Shown: positions 44,070-57,300 of the stretch, in pieces
Position numbering within the stretch: position 1 is the first letter of the stretch
Layout: each line of letters starts with the position of its first letter
NCBI GenBank assembly: GCA_964016885.1
Contig: OZ024740.1
Span: 166,408,001-166,472,000, forward strand
Reading direction: 5' to 3'
Source: Eledone cirrhosa
Taxonomy: Eukaryota
Length of the DNA stretch: 64,000 bases
Program-made: the position numbers and the translations under genes
The notes under the pieces: generated by a model
Told to the model about the DNA's origin: nothing
The model's input: the letters and a program-made list of their open reading frames with translations, nothing else
The model's database searches: none

Positions 44070-44224
44070 TTCATTATTTAACGATCGTTTCTAGGATATA
44101 TATGTGTTATAATTGGTATGCATATTCAACAGATCTATGTACAAAATTATACAAAATTATACAAATTATCAAGATTAAATATACATACCAAACACATATA
44201 TACGCCGTCTTCAGAAATAATGAA
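44070..44224 (-). ncRNA. Type I hammerhead ribozyme with ~116-nt stem II (sense to the RT ORF)
   Basis: TTCATTATTT-CTGAAGA-long hairpin-GAAA-CGATCG-TT-AAATAATGAA; 10-bp stem I, palindromic stem III. Confidence 0.85.
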
Positions 44225-45042
44225 GTATATTTATTGATAATAACAACAATTCAAAATTTCAGTTCAAAATTGACCAATGAAAACACAAAAGGTTAAATGC
44301 AGTTCGGTGTGTGTATATACATGTAAAACCCTTACACATATTTTACAAAAATGTATGTATAATTTGTATACGCATACTAAAAGGATGGATGCAAATACGA
44401 AATTTCAAGGTTAATGTCTCTGTGAGCTTACATGCGCAGATAAGATGCGCATTGATACTTATGAAATCAAGTATATAAATATATTTTTTCATACTCACAC
44501 ATATCAGTACAATCACACATACACGCGCGTATATGCATAAATATACACATAACCACGAACATACAAACACACACACACCCCCACTCACATTTATATATGT
44601 GGATATAAAATCATAAGCACATGGATATTAATTCACTCACATAAAACACTGGCACACACATTTCTAGATCAAGATACAGAAATTAGGTGGGAGGGGGGGG
44701 GGAGGGGTCAGTATTCAACTGTCTGAGCAAACTGTCTAATATAAATGTATCTATAAATTAAGAAAAATAAAAAAATAAAACAATAAAATATAATAAATAT
44801 AATGTAATATACATACACATACAGATATATACACATACATACATGTACGCACACATAGAAATATTTACGCATATGCACATATACACATATATATACAGTC
44901 ATACACACACATACACTTACACGAACATACACATACACATATATAAAGATATATATATACACACACACACATACACGCAACACATACACACATACACATA
45001 TATATAAAAATAAATAATAAAGATATATACCTATATATATAT

Positions 45043-45101
<59 letters not shown>

Positions 45102-45178
45102 TACATCTAAATATACATACACATACATACACACATACATGTACATACATGTACATACATAAACGCACATCGATATAC

Positions 45179-45209
<31 letters not shown>

Positions 45210-45494
45210 CACACACATAGACATGTAGATACATACACACACAACTTACATACACACATATATATATACATGTATATTCATACATAGAATTAGATATATA
45301 ATCATACATACTTATGCACTTACTTATACTCATATATACAAATACATACGCATCTATATATGCATATATACATAAAAAAAACTACAACCTCACCTAACTC
45401 AGACATACAAATAAAAATAATAATAAAAAGGCATATGTATATACATACACACACGCATTAATAGAGATATATATATAGAGACACATACATACAC

Positions 45495-45555
<61 letters not shown>

Positions 45556-45561
45556 TACACT

Positions 45562-45609
<48 letters not shown>

Positions 45610-45677
45610 GATATCCACACACTCATACCACCATAAATACACATATAAACACCCACATATATATATATATACACACG

Positions 45678-45713
<36 letters not shown>

Positions 45714-45863
45714 TAAAAAACAGACATGCACATATATATATATATTAATTACATATATATATATATTAATTACACTTATATATACACATATTATATACAC
45801 GTACACAACCTCACTTATACATACATACACATAAGTTATATTATAATAATAAAGAATAATATA

Positions 45864-45901
<38 letters not shown>

Positions 45902-46001
45902 CATATATATACATACATACATACATATACATACATACACATAAACATATACATAGATAAATACACACATACTAATAAAGACATATATTCACACATAGAC
46001 A

Positions 46002-46047
<46 letters not shown>

Positions 46048-47196
46048 TATATACATATATACACACACACATATACACAGACACATATACACACTCACAT
46101 ATATATATGTGTGTGTGTGCGCACACACACATACGTACACACACACACACAAATACACATAAACACATACATATGCATACATGCACACACACACACACAT
46201 ATATCACATAGATACGAAGATAAACATATAAATAGAGAGACATACATATATATACAACACACATACACACACATACATACACACGCATATACATATACAT
46301 ATATATATACATATATATATTCCTATATATACATGCATACACATATATACACATATATACACTTACATACACATATACGTACACACATTCACATACACAT
46401 ACATATATAATGCATATATACACATATATACATACATATACACACTCATATATACACACGCATTCTTACATTCATATTTGCATGCGCATATATGTATTTT
46501 TATATTTAGATATAAATACCCAAACCTATATAGACACCTACCTACATATATATTCATACATAGACGCTTACAAATACAGATGATAATAGTATGGGGGAAA
46601 AGGGGGGGGTTTGGAGAAGGGGATCAAAGTAAATATATGTTTCAAGAAACATAGAAAATTTTCCGTATTTTTATCCAATGTATGTTCTTACATATTTTCA
46701 GTGTTAGGAAATACGACAAACAAGAACTAAGGCAAAATCTATGCATCTCAAAATAAATAAGTATATCATTAATCATATGTTAACTAAACCAAAGATAGTC
46801 AACATATTGATTTCTAAGGTGTAAATTAGTTAGGTTTATAATATTTGAAGCAGAATTTTGAAGTCAAACAGTAGTAGATTATTAATTACAGTATAACTAA
46901 ATTAAAGTTAATAACGTTATGGTATCAATATTAGGAAATGAATTTAGTAATAGGGAAAAAAATAAAATAAAGTATTACATCGGTAGTAGAATATAAATTA
47001 TATGTTAACTAAATTAAAAATTATATATTTATTTCAATAGTATATGTTAATTAGGTATACAATACATAAAGCAGATACTGTATTTCATCAATAGCATAAT
47101 ATAATTATATGCAAATAGAAATCAAAATTAATACGCATACATATACATATACATACACATACACATATACATACATATACACACACATATATATAC

Positions 47197-47227
<31 letters not shown>

Positions 47228-47758
47228 CACATATATACATACATACACATACACATACACACACACACATACACATACACATATACATATACATATCTTT
47301 TTCAAAAAATTGCATAGAATATATTAACTAGGTATATATCCAGAACGCATCCCATTCTATGAATACATGACATTCTGCAATTCGTCTGTATAAGGATACT
47401 AATTTTAAGCAAATTAAAATTAAAATTTTTAGGTTGATTAAAACTAAAATCAAATAATAAATATATTTCTAAAATGTATATTAATTAGGTCTATAATACT
47501 AAAAATTATTTCTCTGTCATTGGATACACGATATTATTTTGTTATGTTTTATCTGTAAAAGAGTTATAATAAAAGGTTTAAATAAATTAAAATTAATCTA
47601 TAAATTAAATTACTAAGTATATATTAGTAATATTTAAAGGTTTTTCATAATTTATGATTACATAATATTTTATATTCTCATCTGTAATAAAATATTAATT
47701 AAATTAAATTTATAGGTTAACTAACATTTAAATTAAATTAATTTCTAAAATAATGTTA

Positions 47759-49864
47759 TTAATTAGGTTTATAATATTTAAATGTTTTTTTTAGTTTATG
47801 ATTACACGATATAATTAATTCCTGTCGTTTATTTAATAAGATATCCTTAGACTTCATTATTTCAAATAGTTCTTGGGAGCATAATCTACATTCATTTCTA
47901 TTATTTTGATAAGGGGTGGCTCTTTTGAGCACACTCCAGGTCAAATCATATTTTATATTCTTATTTTTATAACTATTGATTTTTTCTGCTAGAGATGTTG
48001 TATTAGCCAGTGCGGCATTTTTAAAACTATGCTTGTGGGTATTAAACCTTGTCTTAAAATTGTTAGAGGTAGCTCCTATATATGAGCAAATAGAATCTTT
48101 AGTTTTAACATTACATTTATAGACTATGTTGTTAACAAGACAATTCCCTTTTAATGGGCAGTTTGCTTTGTTTCTACAGTTACATCCTTTCGTTAATTTT
48201 GTATTTGAGGAGATATTATGGTTAATTTGATGTACTGGTGGTATACTTATGGTTTTCTTACATTTATATGCATTATATGCACTTATATTTTGTTTTATGT
48301 TATTTGTTGTAGAGTATGAGAATTTAACTGTAGACCTATTTAAGATTTGATGGTATTTGTGGTTTGGCGGGAAGTTTTTCTCAAGGATATAAAAAAATTT
48401 TTTAGCAATATTATCCTTAACTTGTAAATTAAAAGGAGCATTATACCAAGTAACTCGTCTATTACGGTTTCTATGTTGTTTATTATTTTTATTATTTTTA
48501 TAGGTTGTATCGTGATTTTTACTAGGAGGATTAATGTTAATGATCTCACCACAACTATTTTTAGTTATATTTGTAGATTTAGGTGTTTTATCTTTTTCAT
48601 TAGGAGTTTTATTATTAATATTTATTATAGTTGTATGATGAGTAGTTTTTTGAGAGTTACTATACTTTATATTAGAAGATTTAGTATTTTGGGGTATAGT
48701 GTGGGTGGCATTTAGGTGTGTACTTTTCATTTGGTGTTTGTTGGTAATATTATGTTGTATGCTTTCAGTATTTTTAGTAGAAGGTATATACTCTAATCTA
48801 TTTTTGTGGCCACTTCTATCTAGAGCTTCGTTATAGAAGGTCGCATTTTTATCAAATACATCTTGGTTAGAAGAAAGGTTAGAAATTCTAAGTGATATAT
48901 TATATGCAAGGTTTTTAAGGATAGATTTAGGGTGATTAGATTGTGAGTGTATGTAATGTAAGTTTTGGTTAGGTTTATGGTAAGGTTGGTAGATACCCGT
49001 AGCTAAATCTAAAGTTATATCTAGGAAATTTACTACTTTACTTGTTTTTTCAAAAGTAATATTAAGATTATAATAGTCTTTAAGGAAAGTTCTAATATGT
49101 TTTTTGTTTTTTTCGATTTCTGAAAGGCTAAGGTTGTTAGAAAGAAGAAGACAGTCATCACGATATAAACCACCTTTGAGGTGGGGAAAAGAGGCATTTA
49201 TGTTGAAAAGGAGAAAGAGGCCCACAAGATCAGTAATTTGGGCGGAATCGCTTGAACCCATAGTAATATCAAAAAGATTACTGTATGTGTTTCTGGTCCA
49301 GTATTCATTCTGAAATTCAATAAGTGTTAGTCTAGCATGTGTAATAATGTTAATGTCATCCAAAGTTAAGTTAGATCTATTTTTAGCAAATATCAATGCT
49401 TTGTTCAGGAGTATAGGTGATATAGAAGAATAGTAATTATCTATATCAAATTGTAGGAAAGAAGCAGAAGATTTACACCTAATATTTTTAAACCAGTTAA
49501 TTACCTGGGAGGTGTTTTCCCAGAGTGGTAAAATAACGTGTTTTCTTATTTGTGGGATGACTCTATCTAAAATTTTTTTGCTAATTATTCCAATATCTGA
49601 TTTGGAGGGACAAATAAGTCTAATAGAAGGATTTGAGTTAAAGTTAGATTTGTGATCTTTCAGGTTGAAGTGTGGTCTTTTCAATGCCAAAGGTTCAGTT
49701 CTATCTTCAATGTTTAGTTTTTTTACTATGTTGTGTGTTTTGTTGTTGATGTTGGTGAGTGACACATTATTAGATTTTTTATAATTTTTTCTGAGTTCTT
49801 TATATATGAACTCGTTATATGGGTATTTATATCTAAATATAAAAATACATATATGCGCATGCAA
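47759..49864 (-). CDS. PLE reverse transcriptase + C-terminal GIY-YIG endonuclease (probably Hydra-type), uninterrupted but 5'-truncated
   Basis: LKDHK, IRLICP, FDIDNYYSSI, ITMGS, LYRDD, VNFLDITLDL, YHKPN, SNHP, CNCRxxxxCPLxGxCL, IVY..YIGAT, CRLC. The first ~15 codons (49820-49864) come from the inverted arm, not the true N-terminus. Confidence 0.93.
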   Translation of the reverse strand: MHAHICIFIFRYKYPYNEFIYKELRKNYKKSNNVSLTNINNKTHNIVKKLNIEDRTEPLALKRPHFNLKDHKSNFNSNPSIRLICPSKSDIGIISKKILDRVIPQIRKHVILPLWENTSQVINWFKNIRCKSSASFLQFDIDNYYSSISPILLNKALIFAKNRSNLTLDDINIITHARLTLIEFQNEYWTRNTYSNLFDITMGSSDSAQITDLVGLFLLFNINASFPHLKGGLYRDDCLLLSNNLSLSEIEKNKKHIRTFLKDYYNLNITFEKTSKVVNFLDITLDLATGIYQPYHKPNQNLHYIHSQSNHPKSILKNLAYNISLRISNLSSNQDVFDKNATFYNEALDRSGHKNRLEYIPSTKNTESIQHNITNKHQMKSTHLNATHTIPQNTKSSNIKYSNSQKTTHHTTIININNKTPNEKDKTPKSTNITKNSCGEIININPPSKNHDTTYKNNKNNKQHRNRNRRVTWYNAPFNLQVKDNIAKKFFYILEKNFPPNHKYHQILNRSTVKFSYSTTNNIKQNISAYNAYKCKKTISIPPVHQINHNISSNTKLTKGCNCRNKANCPLKGNCLVNNIVYKCNVKTKDSICSYIGATSNNFKTRFNTHKHSFKNAALANTTSLAEKINSYKNKNIKYDLTWSVLKRATPYQNNRNECRLCSQELFEIMKSKDILLNKRQELIISCNHKLKKTFKYYKPN

Positions 49865-50294
49865 ATATGAATGTAAGAATGCGTGTGTATATATGAGTGT
49901 GTATATGTATGTATATATGTGTATATATGCATTATATATGTATGTGTATGTGAATGTGTGTACGTATATGTGTATGTAAGTGTATATATGTGTATATATG
50001 TGTATGCATGTATATATAGGAATATATATATGTATATATATATGTATATGTATATGCGTGTGTATGTATGTGTGTGTATGTGTGTTGTATATATATGTAT
50101 GTCTCTCTATTTATATGTTTATCTTCGTATCTATGTGATATATGTGTGTGTGTGTGTGCATGTATGCATATGTATGTGTTTATGTGTATTTGTGTGTGTG
50201 TGTGTACGTATGTGTGTGTGCGCACACACACACATATATATATGTGAGTGTGTATATGTGTCTGTGTATATGTGTGTGTGTATATATGTATATA

Positions 50295-50340
<46 letters not shown>

Positions 50341-50440
50341 TGTCTATGTGTGAATATATGTCTTTATTAGTATGTGTGTATTTATGTATGTATATGTTTA
50401 TGTGTATGTATGTATATGTATGTATGTATGTATATATATG

Positions 50441-50491
<51 letters not shown>

Positions 50492-50632
50492 CTTTATTAT
50501 TATAATATAACTTATGTGTATGTATGTATAAGTGAGGTTGTGTACGTGTATATAATATGTGTATATATAAGTGTAATTAATATATATATATATGTAATTA
50601 ATATATATATATATGTGCATGTCTGTTTTTTA

Positions 50633-50666
<34 letters not shown>

Positions 50667-50734
50667 CGTGTGTATATATATATATATGTGGGTGTTTATA
50701 TGTGTATTTATGGTGGTATGAGTGTGTGGATATC

Positions 50735-50777
<43 letters not shown>

Positions 50778-50788
50778 GTATGAGTGTA

Positions 50789-50849
<61 letters not shown>

Positions 50850-51134
50850 GTGTATGTATGTGTCTCTATATATATATCTCTATTAATGCGTGTGTGTATG
50901 TATATACATATGCCTTTTTATTATTATTTTTATTTGTATGTCTGAGTTAGGTGAGGTTGTAGTTTTTTTTATGTATATATGCATATATAGATGCGTATGT
51001 ATTTGTATATATGAGTATAAGTAAGTGCATAAGTATGTATGATTATATATCTAATTCTATGTATGAATATACATGTATATATATATGTGTGTATGTAAGT
51101 TGTGTGTGTATGTATCTACATGTCTATGTGTGTG

Positions 51135-51165
<31 letters not shown>

Positions 51166-51242
51166 GTATATCGATGTGCGTTTATGTATGTACATGTATG
51201 TACATGTATGTGTGTATGTATGTGTATGTATATTTAGATGTA

Positions 51243-51299
<57 letters not shown>

Positions 51300-52115
51300 A
51301 TATATATATAGGTATATATCTTTATTATTTATTTTTATATATATGTGTATGTGTGTATGTGTTGCGTGTATATGTGTGTGTGTATATATATATCTTTATA
51401 TATGTGTATGTGTATGTTCGTGTAAGTGTATGTGTGTGTATGACTGTATATATATGTGTATATGTGCATATGCGTAAATATTTCTATGTGTGCGTACATG
51501 TATGTATGTGTATATATCTGTATGTGTATGTATATTACATTATATTTATTATATTTTATTGTTTTATTTTTTTATTTTTCTTAATTTATAGATACATTTA
51601 TATTAGACAGTTTGCTCAGACAGTTGAATACTGACCCCTCCCCCCCCTCCCACCTAATTTCTGTATCTTGATCTAGAAATGTGTGTGCCAGTGTTTTATG
51701 TGAGTGAATTAATATCCATGTGCTTATGATTTTATATCCACATATATAAATGTGAGTGGGGGTGTGTGTGTGTTTGTATGTTCGTGGTTATGTGTATATT
51801 TATGCATATACGCGCGTGTATGTGTGATTGTACTGATATGTGTGAGTATGAAAAAATATATTTATATACTTGATTTCATAAGTATCAATGCGCATCTTAT
51901 CTGCGCATGTAAGCTCACAGAGACATTAACCTTGAAATTTCGTATTTGCATCCATCCTTTTAGTATGCGTATACAAATTATACATACATTTTTGTAAAAT
52001 ATGTGTAAGGGTTTTACATGTATATACACACACCGAACTGCATTTAACCTTTTGTGTTTTCATTGGTCAATTTTGAACTGAAATTTTGAATTGTTGTTAT
52101 TATCAATAAATATAC

Positions 52116-52270
52116 TTCATTATTTCTGAAGACGGCGTATATATGTGTTTGGTATGTATATTTAATCTTGATAATTTGTATAATTTTGTATAATTTTGTA
52201 CATAGATCTGTTGAATATGCATACCAATTATAACACATATATATCCTAGAAACGATCGTTAAATAATGAA
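52116..52270 (+). ncRNA. Mirror copy of the long-stem-II hammerhead
   Basis: CTGAAGA 52126-52132, GAAA 52249-52252, CGATCG 52253-52258, stem I 52116-52125 / 52261-52270. Confidence 0.85.
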
Positions 52271-52315
52271 CTTTTTTTGTTTAATATAAGGAATTGTTTA
52301 TTCATTATTTGTTTA

Positions 52316-52448
<133 letters not shown>

Positions 52449-53306
52449 CACACACAGATTTTCCAGCTATATGGGTATCTAAGAGAATTCCGCTTTACTG
52501 TTATAGACCATTTATATTTAACTGATTAATACGGAACCAAATGGAAAATAAACAAGATAACAACAACAAAAACGTGTATAGATTTGATAAGAGAGGTAAC
52601 TGGAAGTATGAATAAATACCTCATGTATCAATATCCATTGTATTACAGTGCAAGTATACATTATTTTCCAGAGATAACCTGCAACACACATATGGCAGTA
52701 AAATTGTTGGTAAACTTGACGCCTTCAAACTCCCTTAAATTTGAAAGTCTCCACCTCGCACATCAATGACATTCAAGTTGAACACGTGTGTAGAGCAATA
52801 CCAGGTGTTGCACACCTGAAATGCATATTTCAGAACTTAGTATTTAACTACAAAACTGGCCTATGTAAAAGGAGGAATTAGCTAAGCTTCGTCTTCTAAC
52901 TTCCTGATACCTTGAACCCACTTTAATATTTCAAATGTTTATAGTCTGAACTATCTTACATAGTAAAAAAAATATTATAAGGAGCTGAAATATAATATCT
53001 GAATCGAATTAATTCATTACTTCTAATACATATATTTTATTTATTCCACCTGGTGCACAAAGGTTTCAATTTAACTGAAACACTATTGCAATTTATCACG
53101 GATTATTTTCAATAAATATCTTAACTCGTTACTGTATGCTAAACAATCTTTACTTTTGTAGGACAGTTATTAATTCCTGAAGTAACATTTTCATATGTAT
53201 ATATATTATATATCTATATCTATATCTATATATAACTAAATATCTAACTGCATGTGTACAACTGCGCCTATATATATATATATATCCAAAATATACCGCT
53301 AGTATC

Positions 53307-53390
<84 letters not shown>

Positions 53391-53477
53391 GATGCTAGCG
53401 GTATATTTTGGATGCTAGCGTACTTCTTAATACTTATCTTAACAATTGAGTGTGTAAACATATAACAAATTTAAAGA

Positions 53478-53525
53478 CACATGTAACCGGTTTTCAAGCC
53501 TAGGTGGGGTTTCATCAGACTGTAT
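53478..53525 (-). ncRNA. Probable minimal hammerhead motif
   Basis: ACAGT-CTGATGA-AACCCCACCTAGGCTT-GAAA-ACCGGT-TA; palindromic AACCGGTT stem III; stems I and II imperfect. Confidence 0.55.
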
Positions 53526-54219
53526 GTATATCATCTAAGCAAACAAAACGAAATCTGCAATCAAAAGTCTTAAACTTATTATTTAGAACAATATTCCCAA
53601 ATGGATTGTCTAATTTGCATACCATTAGCGCAAATAATACTAATTAATTAAGATATATATTGAAGTGTGCACAACAAATGTTAAACTGTAGTTAGTGATT
53701 TGAGAGGAATATATAAGCTGCGATGTCTATCAGATCAAGCTCATATAAAAGTTTCCATTGTTTAATTCGGGTTGTTGCTGAGGATACTGGTGGTGGTGAA
53801 AAAGTATTCCCTTGATGAAACATATGTAGCAGTCATTTTAGTTAAAATGTCAAGTTATTAACCACAGCTTCATTAATCATTATTTTTGTTAATCCTCCCA
53901 TTTCCCCTTCTGTCTCTCTGTCTTTCTCACACACACGCAAACATTCGCTTTCTATCTCTCTTAATCTCTCTCTGCCCCACCTCTCTCTCTCTCACTTTCT
54001 CTCTCTCGTTCTCGTTGTTTCCCGTACAGTGGATTCAAGATCAGAGGCATCCAATGAAACTTATTCTCTCAGCAGGCTTTAAATTATTGAATCGCTCTGT
54101 CACAAATAGCCTTTGTTTTACTTTCTTTTTCACCGAATCAGCATCTAATATCTAATACAATTTCCACAGGCCATTAACGATAATGGTTCATTTGGCAATA
54201 GCATGCGTGCACGTGCACA

Positions 54220-54442
<223 letters not shown>

Positions 54443-54883
54443 GCATATGTATCCGTGTGGGTGTGTTTGAGTGTGAACATGACCATGCATAAGGGTCTGC
54501 ACACAAAATATATGATTTGTATAAATGGATTTCAGCAGATAATCATGCTAAATGTGTACATAAGCAGAACTATGTGTATGTATATTATGTGTTCTTCTTT
54601 CTAACAAAGCTGTTGATGTGTTTTGTACGCATGAGTAATTAAAATAGTTCAATATATATGTAGCATCATTTAATCATTTATTGCTACATAATTTTACATT
54701 TGTGTAAATCTACAAAACAAGACACCTGTATACATGAATATTGATATGCATTATTGAATTTACACACACACACAGTCCCACACGTGCACACGCACATACG
54801 TACACCCCCCCCCCCCCCCCTCCGCATACGTGCATCTATATGTCTCTCTCTCTCTATATATATATATATGTATATATATATAC

Positions 54884-54977
<94 letters not shown>

Positions 54978-55404
54978 CTATATATATATAGAGAGAGAGA
55001 GAGAGATAGATAGATAGAGAGAGAGTAAGAGAAAGAATGTTCCCACTCCTACTCATAACCGCCATTTATTGATATTTTTGCCACATACTAACACACGGTT
55101 GCACTCACACACACACATGTTATATATATATATATATAAATAGATATATATGCGTGTGTGTGTGTGAGAGCATGTAAGTGCCTGTTTGTGTGTGGGTGTG
55201 TGTATAAACGTTTACATCTATCCCTTTGAACATCTATCAGTATCTATGACAGGTGTTCAGTTAGCTGAGAGAATACCATCGGAATACCAATTCTGCATAT
55301 CTACATAACAAATTATTTCATGCATCAATTAACCTACGTGCATCTTAAGTGGATCTATGCTTATACAATACGGACTTAGATTTGCACAACATCTAAGAGC
55401 TAGA

Positions 55405-55443
<39 letters not shown>

Positions 55444-55519
55444 TTTCTACAAATTTCTACAAAGTTTATACTTGACGACCCAATATATATATAGATATAT
55501 AAATATATATATTAAAAAA

Positions 55520-56170
55520 AATGAGAAGAATGAATACTGCGTGGATGCACACGGGTTACATATGGTAAAAATAGTCCTTCATCAATGATTTTCCAACCTT
55601 CATTGGTATTTCATCGCTTTATAAATCATATATCTCAAGTTGGTGCGAGCAATAGCTAAATAAAGCTATTGGGACAAGTAAATCGCGTAAAGCGAGCGAG
55701 ACAAGTAAACAAACATAGAATGATAGTAACGCAAAGATAGGAAAAAACAAGCACATGGGTGTCCGATCAGCTTAAGTTGTGTGGATTTCATGGGCGAGAG
55801 ACAACAGATCGTGCGACGCGAGTGAGGTGTGAGCAAGAAAGGACCCCAATTCAGGCCAAACGGGAGGAAATGAGAAGGGGAGAAGCAGAGAGTGGGTGAG
55901 TGGAAGTGCGAGGAAGAAGCCAATCGAGAGAAAGTGTAACTGACAGAGGGGCGAAAGAAGGTGAGAGAAACAGAGAGATGGGGGAGAAGCAATAAGAGAG
56001 AAACAGAAAACGAAGTTGGGGAAAATATATATAAAAAACATGAGAAGAATGAATACTGCGTGGTTGCACATGGGTTACATATGGTAAAAAATAGTCCTTC
56101 TTCAGTGATTTTCCAACCTTAATTGGTATTTCATCGCTTTATAAATCATATATCTCCAGTTGGTGCGAGA
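55520..56170. repeat. ~130-bp direct repeats (55520-55650, 56040-56170) bracketing ~390 bp
   Basis: ATGAGAAGAATGAATACTGCGTGG...GTTGGTGCGAG occurs twice; TA-rich flanks. Confidence 0.85.
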
Positions 56171-56192
56171 GACAACAGACCGCGTGACGCGA

Positions 56193-56271
<79 letters not shown>

Positions 56272-56369
56272 TTGGACCGCATGTATGAAGTTTGTAGAAA
56301 TGTGTAGAAAAAATATAAATATCTACAAAGTTCATACTTGATGACTCACTATATACACGTCTACAGTTT

Positions 56370-57300
56370 GGATGATGCCATCCAGCGACTCAACTAACTC
56401 TAACTTGGTACCCTCAAATCAACAGACACGCCTTCAGCCTAGATGTAATATCCCTCTACACATCGGTACCTGCAGTCCCGGCAGTGGACATACTCACTGA
56501 ATGTGTCGATTCCAGCAACCTAGATTGTTTCGGCCTCACCAACATCGACATCCACCAGCTCCTATACATCATTGTAGCCAACGCCTTTTTCAATTTCCTA
56601 GTACAAACGTACCGATAGACCTCTGGACTACCCTTGGGATCCAGCATATCGGGTTTACTGGCCATTTCTTACATGAACAGGATTCAACACCGAGTATTCA
56701 GCTCTTGCCACACCTGCGCTTTCTACTCTTGCCACACCTGCGCTTTCTAGATATGTGGATGATATAATCATCCTCACATCCGCCAATGTGAATGCTGACA
56801 ATAACATCAAGTTCAGCATCGAACATCCCACCGACTGTGGGTCCCTCGCTCTGATTGATTTCAGACTGAACATCTCTGATAGCGGTGAAATTCATACCGA
56901 TATCTACCGCAAAGCGGCTAGCAGAGACCTGTTAGTTCATTATAAATGCGCCCTCTCCAACAACTCTAAAATAAGGTATATCTTCAACTAAATGGCTCGC
57001 ATACGCAACCGAAGCAGCGACGCTGCTAATAGAGACACCCATATCAGACGATTACACAAGGTGATAGGGATTAACGGCTATCCAGCTTCCTTCTCCACTC
57101 CATGACGAAATCCCAGTCACAGAGACGGGACCAACACAAACAACATTCGCTTCTTCAAGATCCCACATCTCAACGAGGAAACCACCAACGCCATACGCAA
57201 AGCCATCAGAAGAGAGGGCCTCAACATCAAACTAGCTCACTCTGGAACTTTCCTGCGGAGATGCCTCTCCCCAAAGAGGATAACGGATACACCCTAGCCA
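56370..57300 (+). pseudogene. Degenerate PLE reverse transcriptase (third PLE lineage)
   Basis: SLDVISLYTSVP, SGLPLGSSISGLLA, RYVDD, IKFSIE, DIYRK, NGYP; 24-bp tandem duplication at ~56702-56749. Confidence 0.85.

Noticed and set aside
49820-49864. Start codon or splice acceptor (TTTTATATTTAG) for the 701-aa ORF
   Set aside because: This segment belongs to the inverted arm and also occurs at 46478-46522; the ORF is simply truncated at the inversion junction.
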